Assembly: GCA_030679255.1 (NCBI GenBank)
Contig: JAUXTO010000013.1
Coordinates: 18,696 to 82,695 of the forward strand
Source: Candidatus Gottesmanbacteria bacterium
Lineage (GTDB): Bacteria > Patescibacteriota > Microgenomatia > UBA10105 > UBA927
Length of the DNA stretch: 64,000 bases
Direction: 5' to 3'
Under the pieces are notes generated by a model that was not told where the DNA came from, did no database searches, and saw only the letters and a list, made by a program, of their open reading frames with translations. The translations under genes were made by a program, and so were the position numbers. Shown in pieces: positions 17,027 through 27,777 of the stretch. Numbering within the stretch: the stretch's first letter is position 1; each line of letters starts with the position of its first letter.

Positions 17027-18187
17027 ATGATCACAAAACAACCTTTAATACCGGTTTTTCAACCAAATTACGACAAAAAAGAAATCGAGGCAGTAAGCCA
17101 GGTTCTCAAATCCGGATGGATAGGGCTTGGACCCAAAACGGAAGAATTTGAGAAGCGATTCGCGGAATATGTAGGTGCACCTTACGCAATTGCACTCAAT
17201 TCAGCAACTGCCGCTCTTCACCTCTCGCTCCTTGCTGCAGGTATCGGCAAGGGAGACGAGGTTATCATCCCCTCCCTCACATTCGTTTCCACCGCTCATG
17301 CAGTATTATACGTCGGAGCCAAACCGATATTTGCTGATATTGAGCGCGACACGCTCTGCATTGATCCCGCTGACGTAATCAAAAAAATCACCAAACGAAC
17401 CCGCGCTATCATCCCCGTCCACTACGGTGGACACCCGTGCGACATGGACACTTTAAAAAAAATCGCTGATGAACATCATCTAACTATGATTGAGGATGCT
17501 TCTCATGCGTGCGGTTCTTCATATCATAACGAAAAAATTGGAAGCATCAGTCCCTTTACGTGTTTCAGCTTTCACGCGGTGAAAAACCTGGCTACAGGCG
17601 ATGGTGGGATGATTACCGTCAAAGATAAAACTGTCGCCGATCATCTGCGTCGGCTTCGATGGGTCGGCATCAATAAAGACACATGGGATAGGCTGGAAGA
17701 AGTGTCTGAAGAAGGAGAGAAATCCTACAGAGCATATGGCTGGTATTATGAAGTGGAAGAGTTGGGATACAAATGTCACATGAATGACATAACAGCAGCC
17801 ATCGGCCTTGTGCAACTCCAGAAACTCGAAACCGCCAACACGCTACGACGCTCTCTTGCGGAACGTTACACACGTGAGCTAGAGAAGCTACCAGAAATAA
17901 TCTGTCCGACGGTAAGATCGGGCATGATTACCGCCCAACATAATTATGTCATCCGGTGTAAAGACCGCGACAAACTCCATCTATACCTACGCGATCACGG
18001 AATTTCCTCAGGTGTCCACTATATGCCGGCTCACCTTCATCCGTATTATAAACGGCTGTATCCGGCCGTACGGTTACCAATAACGGACATCGAATGGAAA
18101 AACCTCCTCACACTACCTTTATACCCTGATCTAAACCAAAAAAAACAGGATTACATAGTGAAGAACATAAAGGAGTTCTATTCATGA
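17027..18187 (+). CDS. DegT-family sugar aminotransferase
   Basis: NSATAALHL, EDASHA, FSFHAVKNLATGDGG. Confidence 0.93.
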   Translation: MITKQPLIPVFQPNYDKKEIEAVSQVLKSGWIGLGPKTEEFEKRFAEYVGAPYAIALNSATAALHLSLLAAGIGKGDEVIIPSLTFVSTAHAVLYVGAKPIFADIERDTLCIDPADVIKKITKRTRAIIPVHYGGHPCDMDTLKKIADEHHLTMIEDASHACGSSYHNEKIGSISPFTCFSFHAVKNLATGDGGMITVKDKTVADHLRRLRWVGINKDTWDRLEEVSEEGEKSYRAYGWYYEVEELGYKCHMNDITAAIGLVQLQKLETANTLRRSLAERYTRELEKLPEIICPTVRSGMITAQHNYVIRCKDRDKLHLYLRDHGISSGVHYMPAHLHPYYKRLYPAVRLPITDIEWKNLLTLPLYPDLNQKKQDYIVKNIKEFYS

Positions 18188-18927
18188 AAGATAAAAAAAT
18201 AGTATTCATGGGTGGAAAGCATGTAGGATATAAGTGCTTGGAGTTTCTTATCCAAAATGGTTACCAAACAATAGGTTGTTACATAAATTCGGATGACACT
18301 GCGACAAATCGTTGGTATGACTCTCTAACGGAGCTCTGTTTACGACAGGGAATACCGGTTTTCTACTTCGCTAATGTCAATTCTGTTGAAAGCGAAAAAA
18401 CAATTCGTCAATTAGCCCCCGATGTCATCACTGTCGTCTATTATGATCAAATACTTCATGAAAATATCATCGATCTTCCGAAAATCGGCTGCACCAATCT
18501 GCACCTTGCTTTATCTCAAGTACACAGAGGCTGCTATCCCACAACATGGAGCTTGATACGAGGAGATACACATACGGGAGCCACGTTCCACTTTATTGTC
18601 CCTAAAATTGACGGCGGTCCAGTTATCGCTCAAAAAAAATTAAAAATCAAAGACTATTGGACCGGTAAGGATCTTTATGCCAACGTGTCTGACGTCGGTA
18701 TAAAGCTTTTTAAAGAATTTTTTCCAAAGCTGGATAGAATTAAACCGCACGCTATTGACATATCCAAATCTCAATATTATCGAAAAGAATTCCCCTCCCG
18801 TGAAGTAAAACTAAACAAAAGTACCTATAATTACGTCAGGTCACTAATATTTGATCCGTTTCCTCCGCCCTATATAAAAATTGGCAATCGTATTTTTACC
18901 ATAAATGAAATGACACTTGATTATTAG
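18184..18927 (+). CDS. Sugar N-formyltransferase (Fmt-like)
   Basis: IVFMG, TNLHLA...RGCYP, GATFH, IDGGPVI, RSLIFDPFPPPY; coupled to the upstream aminotransferase. Confidence 0.85.
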   Translation: MKDKKIVFMGGKHVGYKCLEFLIQNGYQTIGCYINSDDTATNRWYDSLTELCLRQGIPVFYFANVNSVESEKTIRQLAPDVITVVYYDQILHENIIDLPKIGCTNLHLALSQVHRGCYPTTWSLIRGDTHTGATFHFIVPKIDGGPVIAQKKLKIKDYWTGKDLYANVSDVGIKLFKEFFPKLDRIKPHAIDISKSQYYRKEFPSREVKLNKSTYNYVRSLIFDPFPPPYIKIGNRIFTINEMTLDY

Positions 18928-19872
18928 CTATATCTTCTGTGCCCGTATCACAAACACGTCGCCGAGAGACAGTTTGTCCAAAATCCACTCAACCGGATAC
19001 ACGAGAACCACCAACCACTGTTTTGCAAGAAATGATATATTTCTATGCAATCTCTCGCTGACAACATATCCTAAACTCCCGAGTATGCCTCCCACAGAAC
19101 AAAACTCGATAGTAGGAGTCAAAAATCCATGACGGGTAAGCATTTTCACAAGAGCGCGTGGCGTGAACAGATACGCGTGACGGGGGACGTCCAAATTGTA
19201 CCAATAGCTCCCAAATACCCTTGCGACAACGCTTACCGGATTTGGCGTCCCGATGAGGAGTTCTCCACCGGATTTGAGCTTTTTGCGGATAAGAGACAAA
19301 CAAAGCTCGGGGTCATTGAGATGTTCAATGACATGATAGAGTCGGATGGCGTCAAAAAAATGATCCGGCAACTTCTGCATGTCCCGAAACGAACCGCAGG
19401 AAACGTTTGCCAACCCCCGTTTTTTGGCGACGGCGACGGCAGACCGATCAATTTCCAAACCATAGACATTCCACCCCAGTGTTTTGAGACTCACGAGCGT
19501 ATCCCCTGCTCCGCAACCTACATCTAATACTTTTCCGCCCTTAACAAACTTGGGTATAGCCGGAACATTGGGAATAACCGTAGTTATGAGTCTTGTTATA
19601 ACCGTTGGAGCGTAATAATGCTTGAGAAGATACTTTCTGATACGATCAAATAACCCCTCCTGCTGATTTTCCTTATAAGAATAATAGTTCCGTGACGGAT
19701 AATATCGCTTGACTTGGGATTCAGTCAAAACAGGCTGTTGCCGCAGCATGCCGCATCGTGCACACATCTCATACACAAATTTCTCCTGCCTATCAAACAT
19801 CCGATCCCGCCCGAAGAGAGCAAAACGAAAATGTATTGATCCGCATGCGATACAAAGGGAAGTAGCGCTCAT
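18928..19872 (-). CDS. Class I SAM-dependent methyltransferase with N-terminal CxxC pairs
   Basis: CIAC..CARCG, VLDVGCGAG, HVIEHL.DP, DVPRH. Confidence 0.88.
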   Translation of the reverse strand: MSATSLCIACGSIHFRFALFGRDRMFDRQEKFVYEMCARCGMLRQQPVLTESQVKRYYPSRNYYSYKENQQEGLFDRIRKYLLKHYYAPTVITRLITTVIPNVPAIPKFVKGGKVLDVGCGAGDTLVSLKTLGWNVYGLEIDRSAVAVAKKRGLANVSCGSFRDMQKLPDHFFDAIRLYHVIEHLNDPELCLSLIRKKLKSGGELLIGTPNPVSVVARVFGSYWYNLDVPRHAYLFTPRALVKMLTRHGFLTPTIEFCSVGGILGSLGYVVSERLHRNISFLAKQWLVVLVYPVEWILDKLSLGDVFVIRAQKI

Positions 19873-20942
19873 ACCCGAAGTGCCTGTTGTATTTCCGGAA
19901 GGGTACGGAGAAGAGCAATAACGCCTGCTACATCAAGTTGTATCGTGCTTGCCGATGTATAAGCGTCAATAGTATCGACATCTTTTTGTTCCTTACCCCC
20001 ACGCAATAGATACTTATTGTAATCCAATCCCTGGCTCTCCGGAGGAATATCAAAGTAATTATCAAGTTCGTGAGCTCTTGCCATTTCCTCTTTCGATACG
20101 AGAGTCTCGTGTATCTTCTCCCCTGCACGCATCCCGATCTCCTCATATCCTTCTTTATACCCAAACAGTTTGCACATCGCCTGAGCAAGAGTCTCTACGC
20201 TGCATGCAGGAGCCTTGCGGACATAGATATGCCCGCTCTCTCCATGAGTAAGCGCATACATAACCAAACCAACGGCATCCCGCAGCGGTAGAAGAAATCT
20301 CGTCATAGACCCGTACGTAAGAGTGAGTTTCTGTTTTTTCTTCATAAGGTCTATATAAAATGGAATAACCGATCCGCGTGAATACAACACGTTGCCATAC
20401 CGCACGCCACAGTACACGCCTCCGGATTTTCCGGTTGGGGGATAATTTTTTGCTGCGGCGATCATCGTTTTTTCCATGAGCGCCTTTGCCATACCCATGG
20501 CATTAATCGGATAAACGGCCTTATCCGTGCTTAAGACAACGACACGCTTCACTTTGTGAAATGCTGCAGCAGAGAGTACATTATGGGTACCAATGATATT
20601 GGTCTTAACTGCCTCCATCGGGAAAAACTCACAACTGGGAACCTGTTTGAGTGCCGCAGCGTGGAAAATATAATCAACCCCCTCTATTGCCCTCATGACA
20701 CTTTGCTCATCCCGCACGTCACCGATAATGAACGTTAATTTCGGATTATTGAACTCATTGCGCATATCATCCTGTTTTTTTTCGTCCCTGCTATAAATAA
20801 TGATCTTCTGAGGGTCATAGTGAAGAAGTTCAACAGCTACGGTATGGCCAAATGATCCTGTTCCTCCGGTTATCAGTATGGTCTTGCCGGCTAAAGCAAC
20901 TTCGAGGTCCTTACGAATTGGTGTTTTCAAATCATTTTTCAT
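19869..20942 (-). CDS. UDP-GlcNAc 4,6-dehydratase/epimerase (CapD/FnlA/PseB family)
   Basis: TGGTGSFG, SRDEKKQ, HAAALKQVPSCEFFP, LSTDKAVYPINAMG, RYGNV..SRGSVIP. Confidence 0.9.
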   Translation of the reverse strand: MKNDLKTPIRKDLEVALAGKTILITGGTGSFGHTVAVELLHYDPQKIIIYSRDEKKQDDMRNEFNNPKLTFIIGDVRDEQSVMRAIEGVDYIFHAAALKQVPSCEFFPMEAVKTNIIGTHNVLSAAAFHKVKRVVVLSTDKAVYPINAMGMAKALMEKTMIAAAKNYPPTGKSGGVYCGVRYGNVLYSRGSVIPFYIDLMKKKQKLTLTYGSMTRFLLPLRDAVGLVMYALTHGESGHIYVRKAPACSVETLAQAMCKLFGYKEGYEEIGMRAGEKIHETLVSKEEMARAHELDNYFDIPPESQGLDYNKYLLRGGKEQKDVDTIDAYTSASTIQLDVAGVIALLRTLPEIQQALRV

Positions 20943-23064
20943 ATGTTGTGGATCTCCTTTTTTGGATAAACAATAATACGAAATATCCACCAAACAAAAA
21001 GGCTGTTACCAAAGATACTATACTTCCGTAAGTATATACGTTTTGTTGCCTAAAGTTAATGTCTACCGTATAAGTCCCGATTTGATTGAACTGAAAACTA
21101 TTTAAACCGAAAGGAGTCGACCGGTTTACGATCATTTTTCCATCTGCCGTAGCTTGCCAATACGGATTGTAATGTTCAGAAAAAATGAGCGTTGTAGGCA
21201 CGTCAACTGATACATTGACGAGATAATGAGTTTGACTTAATTCCTTGTACGAAATCGATTCTTCTGCCATGAATCCGTCACGCTCTAATTGAAACTTGCC
21301 GAAAGGATCAGAAACTTCGTAAACCGCGAGGTTCTGAAATGAACTATCCCGCGTAAGCCATGGCATTGAATCCAACCTGCTTACAAAGGCTTGACGCTGA
21401 CTGTCATCATATTTCCTGTCTTTAGTAAAGATCTCCCCATAGGGATCGTACGGAACGACTACGAATCGCACAGCGAGTGATCGGAAGAGGTCTACAAGAT
21501 TTTGCTGATCCATGTGGCGTAATAATTCTCCAGAATTCGTAGCTTGGAAAAGAGGAATCGCCTCTGTGGACGGATGCGTATTGGAATAGAAAGCGAAACG
21601 TGGCTGCCTGGGCATCCATAACGTCCGGGAGAATGTCGTATCCTCTGAGAGAATATTCTTTAATTGTATATATTCTCTTGGCACAGACCGTTCGCTAAAT
21701 GTACCCTGAAGTTGCACAAATATCGCTTGTCTACTCAATATAATCCAGAAAAAAATAAAAATACCATACAGGGAATGACGAAATATAAATATTTTGACAT
21801 TACCATTACCGGACCGTATCCCGCGGCTCAGTAGCGTTGATACCCATAGTAAAAAATGCTCAATGGCCAAAGGAATGAGAACGGCGTATGAAAGAATTAT
21901 AAATAAGTAGAATTTCGTAGGATCACGAAATAGCGCGAAACCGGGAATTTTTTCGTACATCCATATATTCACAAAACCAAAGGGCTCATTTGCTCCTTTT
22001 GCCAAAAAAGCTCCGATAAGAGCAAGGAGGGAGAGAAACCGAATAGACAATACAGACACCTGTTGTTTATTGTTTACTGTTTTTTGTCCAATCCACACGA
22101 GTGAACTAAACGCAAGTACTGGCAACACGAGGAACTCCGGCCGTAGAAAATATACCTTTCCGAATATATTTTCCGGCCAGTTGGGATGGAGCAGCGATAT
22201 TCCATTGGAAAATGTAGCAAAAGAATGAAATATAAATGCTCCGGAAGACGTATAATTTGAAACCAAACTATCTAAAGGAGTCGTTCTATATACGAGTATC
22301 GGGAGAATCCATGAGGCATGGAGAAACAGACTGATAAGTATCGGTAACCCGAAGACATACGTCAATTTTTTGAAAACAGGCTTAAACTTGAAACCGGATG
22401 TACTTGCAGTAGAACGGACGTGATCTATCACATAAACGACGAAATAAAGAAATACTGCAATAGCTACAAGATATGCTATTCTTGCATCAAACAGCATCAC
22501 AACTGCAAAAGATATACCCGTACCAAGCGATTTCCGTAAAAAATCACTTTTTTCTAATATAACATTGTGTATCAGTTGTATCCAATGTCCAAGAGCCAAT
22601 GGTGCAAAAGCATATGCTAAAGCAACGCCCAGTTGTCCCCCGCCAACCACCATAAGAATATAGGTATTCGTACTGTAGATAAGAAGCGCAATAATCCATT
22701 GCCAGGGCTTTACCCGAAGACATAGAACATGAATTAAATAATATGCAGAATAGAGAGATCCGACTATAAATAGTCCGAAATAAAAGACTTTATACACAAT
22801 ATTCCATGGAATATTCATTCCACGAACAAATATCGAAGAAATACTATACAGGTAGCTATCTAAAGAATACACTATGGGTATCCCTCCCAATCCGTTGCCC
22901 TGATACGCTCCCCATGAAGAAACCCAGAGTGGTAAACTTTTAAGAAACTCCGTAGAGAAATACGGCCAGTCACCCCCGATTATTTCACTATACAGAAACC
23001 ATTGCCGAAAAAACACGAACGCTATGACCACTACGACGCTGATAAATAGCAACATCTTCTTCAT
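20932..23064 (-). CDS. Large polytopic membrane protein, YfhO/GT-C-like
   Basis: GGDWP loop, more than 10 TM segments, FRDPTKF, C-terminal FSEHYNPYW soluble domain and final TM. Confidence 0.7.
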   Translation of the reverse strand: MKKMLLFISVVVVIAFVFFRQWFLYSEIIGGDWPYFSTEFLKSLPLWVSSWGAYQGNGLGGIPIVYSLDSYLYSISSIFVRGMNIPWNIVYKVFYFGLFIVGSLYSAYYLIHVLCLRVKPWQWIIALLIYSTNTYILMVVGGGQLGVALAYAFAPLALGHWIQLIHNVILEKSDFLRKSLGTGISFAVVMLFDARIAYLVAIAVFLYFVVYVIDHVRSTASTSGFKFKPVFKKLTYVFGLPILISLFLHASWILPILVYRTTPLDSLVSNYTSSGAFIFHSFATFSNGISLLHPNWPENIFGKVYFLRPEFLVLPVLAFSSLVWIGQKTVNNKQQVSVLSIRFLSLLALIGAFLAKGANEPFGFVNIWMYEKIPGFALFRDPTKFYLFIILSYAVLIPLAIEHFLLWVSTLLSRGIRSGNGNVKIFIFRHSLYGIFIFFWIILSRQAIFVQLQGTFSERSVPREYIQLKNILSEDTTFSRTLWMPRQPRFAFYSNTHPSTEAIPLFQATNSGELLRHMDQQNLVDLFRSLAVRFVVVPYDPYGEIFTKDRKYDDSQRQAFVSRLDSMPWLTRDSSFQNLAVYEVSDPFGKFQLERDGFMAEESISYKELSQTHYLVNVSVDVPTTLIFSEHYNPYWQATADGKMIVNRSTPFGLNSFQFNQIGTYTVDINFRQQNVYTYGSIVSLVTAFLFGGYFVLLFIQKRRSTTYEK
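22060..22087. repeat. Short in-frame 7-mer array (QKTVNNKQQ)
   Basis: Sense AAAAAAC AGTAAAC AATAAAC AAC; same unit as 58763-58798 but read on the other strand. Confidence 0.45.
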
Positions 23065-23066
23065 GA

Positions 23067-23696
23067 CTAAATAGTTTTTACGGCAAAAAGATCAAATGAC
23101 TTAGTGGGAAAAAAATATAAGATTGGCTCCGTAATAAAAGCAATGAGACCCCAAAAAAACCATGGCTTATACTTTATGGTCGCAAACTCACCTCGGAGCC
23201 AATGAAAACTTCGTAGTCCATGTACTATGTATCCCCGTTTTTCAAAATCCTTAGCTGACCAACCGGAGTGATGATCCTGATATGGATTATTGTCATAGTG
23301 ACCTTGTTTACAAAAACCATTTGGGGTAAGGATAATTACTTTTTTCTTCGCGATACGCTCCATGCTACTCATGAACAAAAATGCCTGTTTTTTTGTCAAA
23401 TGTTCGATTACGTCCATTGCTACAACAGCATCAAAACTCTTCGGTTTATAGTAAACATCTAATTTTGTTATATCTCCGACTTTATATTTATTATGAAGTT
23501 TATTTTTTTTACTTATGGTGACGCTTTTTCTGTCAATTTCAATTCCTTCCGAATAGATAGATTTAATCTCAGACCGGATTGATGAATTCTGACCGCATCC
23601 AACATCCAGTATCGATGTGCAACCTGACAACTGCACGCGGACTGCAGTATGGAAAAACATATCTTTATTCTCATGAATTAATTGTATTATGTTCAT
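23067..23696 (-). CDS. Class I SAM-dependent methyltransferase
   Basis: ILDVGCG, FDAVVAMDVIEHL, LTPNGF, HHSGW. Confidence 0.88.
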   Translation of the reverse strand: MNIIQLIHENKDMFFHTAVRVQLSGCTSILDVGCGQNSSIRSEIKSIYSEGIEIDRKSVTISKKNKLHNKYKVGDITKLDVYYKPKSFDAVVAMDVIEHLTKKQAFLFMSSMERIAKKKVIILTPNGFCKQGHYDNNPYQDHHSGWSAKDFEKRGYIVHGLRSFHWLRGEFATIKYKPWFFWGLIAFITEPILYFFPTKSFDLFAVKTI

Positions 23697-23700
23697 AAGT

Positions 23701-26700
23701 CTATGACGTCCATTTTCGATTACGTAAAAAAATCAGACTGGCAATAACTCCCAACAATGTGACCATTGATACCCCAAGGAAAATATAAAAATAGTTTTGT
23801 GTAGACATTTCCATAATTAATGTATAGGATGATCTGTTTTCCATGTCTTCCGGCTCAATAATCCATCCATTGGCGTATCCGTTTACTCTGAAATGTCCTT
23901 TTTCCGCCACTGACTTTTTACCCCATGATGTAAAATTCCGCATATCAAAGAATGAATTGGAATTTTTTCCTTCCTTTACCAATCCGTTGAAATATTCTGC
24001 GACTATGGCGTTGTTTCCGGCGCCGTCGTTTTTATTAACCACAGGTGTCTTTGATATGAACGCGCCGAGCAAATTCATTACCCTTGAAACCCAATCTTCC
24101 TGTCTACGCGAAACATCTATTAATTTCCATTGATCGTCATATGCTTCCAAAAACATGAGCACATACGGATTCATTGCATTGGTCACCTTTATTTGATATC
24201 GAGTCGGATTTATTTTAGAAAACTCAACCGTGGGCTCTTTGAATGAATTATTCACATCCGTTGATTGTTTTACATATAATATCTTCGGATTATATACTTC
24301 AACTATAGAAAGTTGTTTTATATCAATTGCAGCATTAGTTTTTTTTGTATTGTTTAGAAATTGGATAAATCCAGCTATCGACGTTAAATCCGTAGTCACT
24401 ATAGCCTGATGAGTTGTCCATTCATTTGCTGATAACGCATGTTCCAGATATACATGCCTTCTTATATCATTCTTATCGTCGTTTACGAAACGTTTGTCAA
24501 ATATGCGAAATAATACACTATCTCCATGAGTATTATAGTTGAAAGTGATCACAAATTGTTTTTTTGGAGCCCAATAATCTATTTGTCTGACTAAACCCCC
24601 TGAATTATCGCCAGGCGTATTTACAAGTGATAGTGACTCAACTGTATTATCCTTCGTTATGATGCTTCCGGATGTCTCCCAAAAACTATTTTGAACATAA
24701 TTAGATTGCTTTTGTAAAAGAACCTGAAATGGATTTTTCCCGTCTTTTGTAAAAACTACAGATCCAAGTCTCAACAAATTGGGCGACTTACTATCAATTT
24801 TTTGTCTAAGGCTGTAATTGTCAATATCTAATTGGATATCTGATACCAAATCGGGTAATGCTAATTCCGAATCCGATTGTAAGCCCTGTATGAATACGTC
24901 ATATATATTTTTATTGGATATATTTGGAATTTTTACACCGTAAAGCAATACCGACGGGTCATACACTTTTAGCTTTAACTGCTTATCTAACCTGTCAAAC
25001 ATCTGGTTTATTTCTACTTCAAGATACTGTATCTCCGTATCCTTCTTACGGTTGCTCTGCAGAAGTTTAGTGAGTACATTACGATGCTGCCACAGTTGTT
25101 CACTTATCTTGATCTGATCTGCTTCATGTAAACTATCAGATAATTTATTTATTCCTATCCATTCAATAATGCTATTCATTCCTGACTCATATCGGGATAA
25201 ACTCGCCTCCCAACTGAAATATCGGTTTATACTTAAGATGTTACTAATTTTTGGCGGTGGGACTGTGTGATTAACTATCGGCAACGTATCACCCCAGCGC
25301 TGTAGCTCCAGAATTCTCTTTGTCAGAAAATAAAGACTAAAATCCAAATAACGACTATGGTTATTCCTGCTCCGCCACAATTGAACTTTCTCTTTTATCA
25401 AAACAAGCGGGTATAAATAATTATCCAACTTCACCGATACAAAAGGCTCATGTCGATGCAGATGGTAGTTATCCCTGAGTGATTCTAAGGGACCATCTGA
25501 TTCTGCCTCCAATATGACATTATCTGATGATTTATCCGAATTGCCTATATGAAAAATTGCACTTTTAATATCTTTATTCAGTTGAGAATTGAGAATAAAT
25601 GAATCCGGAAATGAGGTATATATTCTATCTGATGTTGTATATATGTGTGGTAAATAGCTATCATCCGTTATAGAATAAAGATATTTGTCATTTCTTAAGT
25701 TTTCAGTTTTACCCGTATCAAGAGGAAATTTTGGCAACAATGTTTGATATTCTTTTTGTGTTTTGGGCATATAATCCCGAACATAATCGTAAGGAAACGA
25801 CGGAAAATTATCGTCATAGATATACGGATCACTGTTATAAAATATATATTTGATATTTAACACAGAAATTAATCTGTTCACTATATCAAAATCATTACTA
25901 CGGACGGCTTCGATGAAGCCTTGACCATATGGTCCTAATCCGCCATAACCCGGAAAATCGTTTTTTCCGGCTAAGTAGGAAAACATAGATGGCCCGATAT
26001 AGACTCCTCCGTCTTTTCCTGCAATCACCTGATAACCGGGGCCAGTCAAAGGTAATGACAATATTTTACCGTCAACCGGAAGAAGACGAATTTTATCTAT
26101 TAATGAATCAATGCCTGAATCCATACGGATATTTTGTTTTATCAATTTGGAACGAACATGAACGTCATTTACCATCGATCCATTTATAAGCGGATATGCA
26201 CCGGAAACCAGAACAATAAAAAATAAGAGAAACAATAGATATCGATATCTATTCCTAATGCCCGATGCAACGACAGCAACGCACTGTCCAATCAGGAGCG
26301 CGTAAAAAAAGACATACACAGTAGACCACTGCCCGTAGAAATTACGAAACATTTTAAAGCCCGGTATATAAAAAAGTGCTTTATAAAGATTAAATCCGAG
26401 TGAAGTAATATTGGCAGAAACAAAAAATAGTGTAACAAGGAAAAAAAACAAAGTTAAGAGCGTGCTATCGCTTAACCACCCTCCTCCCTTTTTTCGATTC
26501 ATTATAAGACCCCATAGTAAAACGAGGGGAAAAAACACTGAGCCAAACGACGTCCACGCTATATCACGTACTTGTGCCAAATTAAATAGGCTTATACTTA
26601 CCTTAATACTCGGTGCTATTGCAGTAAAATAATCTAATCCCCGCGATATGCTACTTTCTTCAGAAAAAACTGCCTTATACTGACTTTTAAAAAAAAGAAG

Positions 26701-27453
26701 ACTTAATACATGCGGCAGTATATGAAAAGCCTGTAGCAATAGAAATAAAATAGATCCTGCGATTATGCCTTTCCAAGGAAACTTTTTTTGAAGTACCCTG
26801 ACACTGTAGATATATAAAAATACTAAAGAAAAGGGAAAAAATGAAAAAAAACCCGGAGCTGAAAAGAAAGAAAAATTAAAGGAAAACAAAAATGTAAACA
26901 AAAGCACAACTAATAAATATTTAAATCGATGTGAAATTATATATCGAAGTAATAAATAAAACATTAGCGGGTAGACAAAAATTTGCGTATGGGTAAGTAT
27001 CGCCCTATCCCAACCGCTGTTGACCATAATCGGAGAAAATACATAAAATAACCCTGCTGCAATTGCAGAAAATTCAATAATCCACGCATCGAAATTTTTT
27101 CGGTTATAAGAAAGCAGCTCTTTCACGATGAGGTAACACGCCAAAAATCCGACGCTTAACTTCAGTCCATTGGATATTCCGATCAGGATCGTTGGTGTGA
27201 ATAGTAAACGTAGAAATCCTAAAACCAATAGATACGGAATAGCAAAATAACTTAGCGAATCTCCACCGATACCCGAAGGGATTATGTTGTAGAGAAAAAG
27301 TGCCTTGAGATACATCATCGGTTGGTAAAAGTATAAACGGGTTGAGTCGCCTCCCAGATCCATTTCTCCAGGTTTTAACCAAAAAAAGGGAATAACAAAA
27401 AGTAGAAGTGTAATTAAGATAAATGGAATTTTATGCAGGCTATGTGTTTTCAT
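23701..27453 (-). CDS. Giant (~1250 aa) GT-C/YfhO-like membrane protein with large extracellular insert
   Basis: Paralogous to 27778-30228 (GEMDLGGD, PGFKMFRNFYGQW, YNSDP, INPTRY, VNGYANGW); start 27453 overlaps upstream stop. Confidence 0.75.
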   Translation of the reverse strand: MKTHSLHKIPFILITLLLFVIPFFWLKPGEMDLGGDSTRLYFYQPMMYLKALFLYNIIPSGIGGDSLSYFAIPYLLVLGFLRLLFTPTILIGISNGLKLSVGFLACYLIVKELLSYNRKNFDAWIIEFSAIAAGLFYVFSPIMVNSGWDRAILTHTQIFVYPLMFYLLLRYIISHRFKYLLVVLLFTFLFSFNFSFFSAPGFFSFFPFSLVFLYIYSVRVLQKKFPWKGIIAGSILFLLLQAFHILPHVLSLLFFKSQYKAVFSEESSISRGLDYFTAIAPSIKVSISLFNLAQVRDIAWTSFGSVFFPLVLLWGLIMNRKKGGGWLSDSTLLTLFFFLVTLFFVSANITSLGFNLYKALFYIPGFKMFRNFYGQWSTVYVFFYALLIGQCVAVVASGIRNRYRYLLFLLFFIVLVSGAYPLINGSMVNDVHVRSKLIKQNIRMDSGIDSLIDKIRLLPVDGKILSLPLTGPGYQVIAGKDGGVYIGPSMFSYLAGKNDFPGYGGLGPYGQGFIEAVRSNDFDIVNRLISVLNIKYIFYNSDPYIYDDNFPSFPYDYVRDYMPKTQKEYQTLLPKFPLDTGKTENLRNDKYLYSITDDSYLPHIYTTSDRIYTSFPDSFILNSQLNKDIKSAIFHIGNSDKSSDNVILEAESDGPLESLRDNYHLHRHEPFVSVKLDNYLYPLVLIKEKVQLWRSRNNHSRYLDFSLYFLTKRILELQRWGDTLPIVNHTVPPPKISNILSINRYFSWEASLSRYESGMNSIIEWIGINKLSDSLHEADQIKISEQLWQHRNVLTKLLQSNRKKDTEIQYLEVEINQMFDRLDKQLKLKVYDPSVLLYGVKIPNISNKNIYDVFIQGLQSDSELALPDLVSDIQLDIDNYSLRQKIDSKSPNLLRLGSVVFTKDGKNPFQVLLQKQSNYVQNSFWETSGSIITKDNTVESLSLVNTPGDNSGGLVRQIDYWAPKKQFVITFNYNTHGDSVLFRIFDKRFVNDDKNDIRRHVYLEHALSANEWTTHQAIVTTDLTSIAGFIQFLNNTKKTNAAIDIKQLSIVEVYNPKILYVKQSTDVNNSFKEPTVEFSKINPTRYQIKVTNAMNPYVLMFLEAYDDQWKLIDVSRRQEDWVSRVMNLLGAFISKTPVVNKNDGAGNNAIVAEYFNGLVKEGKNSNSFFDMRNFTSWGKKSVAEKGHFRVNGYANGWIIEPEDMENRSSYTLIMEMSTQNYFYIFLGVSMVTLLGVIASLIFLRNRKWTS

Positions 27454-27767
27454 TCTTTTAGTTGCTGCACCAAGCCTACTCCCATTAGAAAAAATAACCA
27501 CACTGCTGCTTTTTCCGTATTTTCCGAAGCACCTGACAAAAGAAATTCAATATACATAATGATCAATACGAAAAGGCTTAAAATAAACGTGAAACGACCT
27601 GACAATTTATAAATAAAAATACTTGCTATATAGATTCCTAATAAAGTAAAAATCCGTATGTCCGAACTTTCTTTCAAAAAAAGAATATCCGCACAAATCC
27701 CCAAAAAGATTGTGGTTAAAATAACCTGCTTGCCTTGCTGTAATACATTGAATACCTTCTTTCTCAT
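27450..27767 (-). CDS. Small multi-TM membrane protein
   Basis: Hydrophobic 105-aa ORF filling the operon gap with coupled stop/start. Confidence 0.7.
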   Translation of the reverse strand: MRKKVFNVLQQGKQVILTTIFLGICADILFLKESSDIRIFTLLGIYIASIFIYKLSGRFTFILSLFVLIIMYIEFLLSGASENTEKAAVWLFFLMGVGLVQQLKE

Positions 27768-27777
27768 AAGATAGTAA

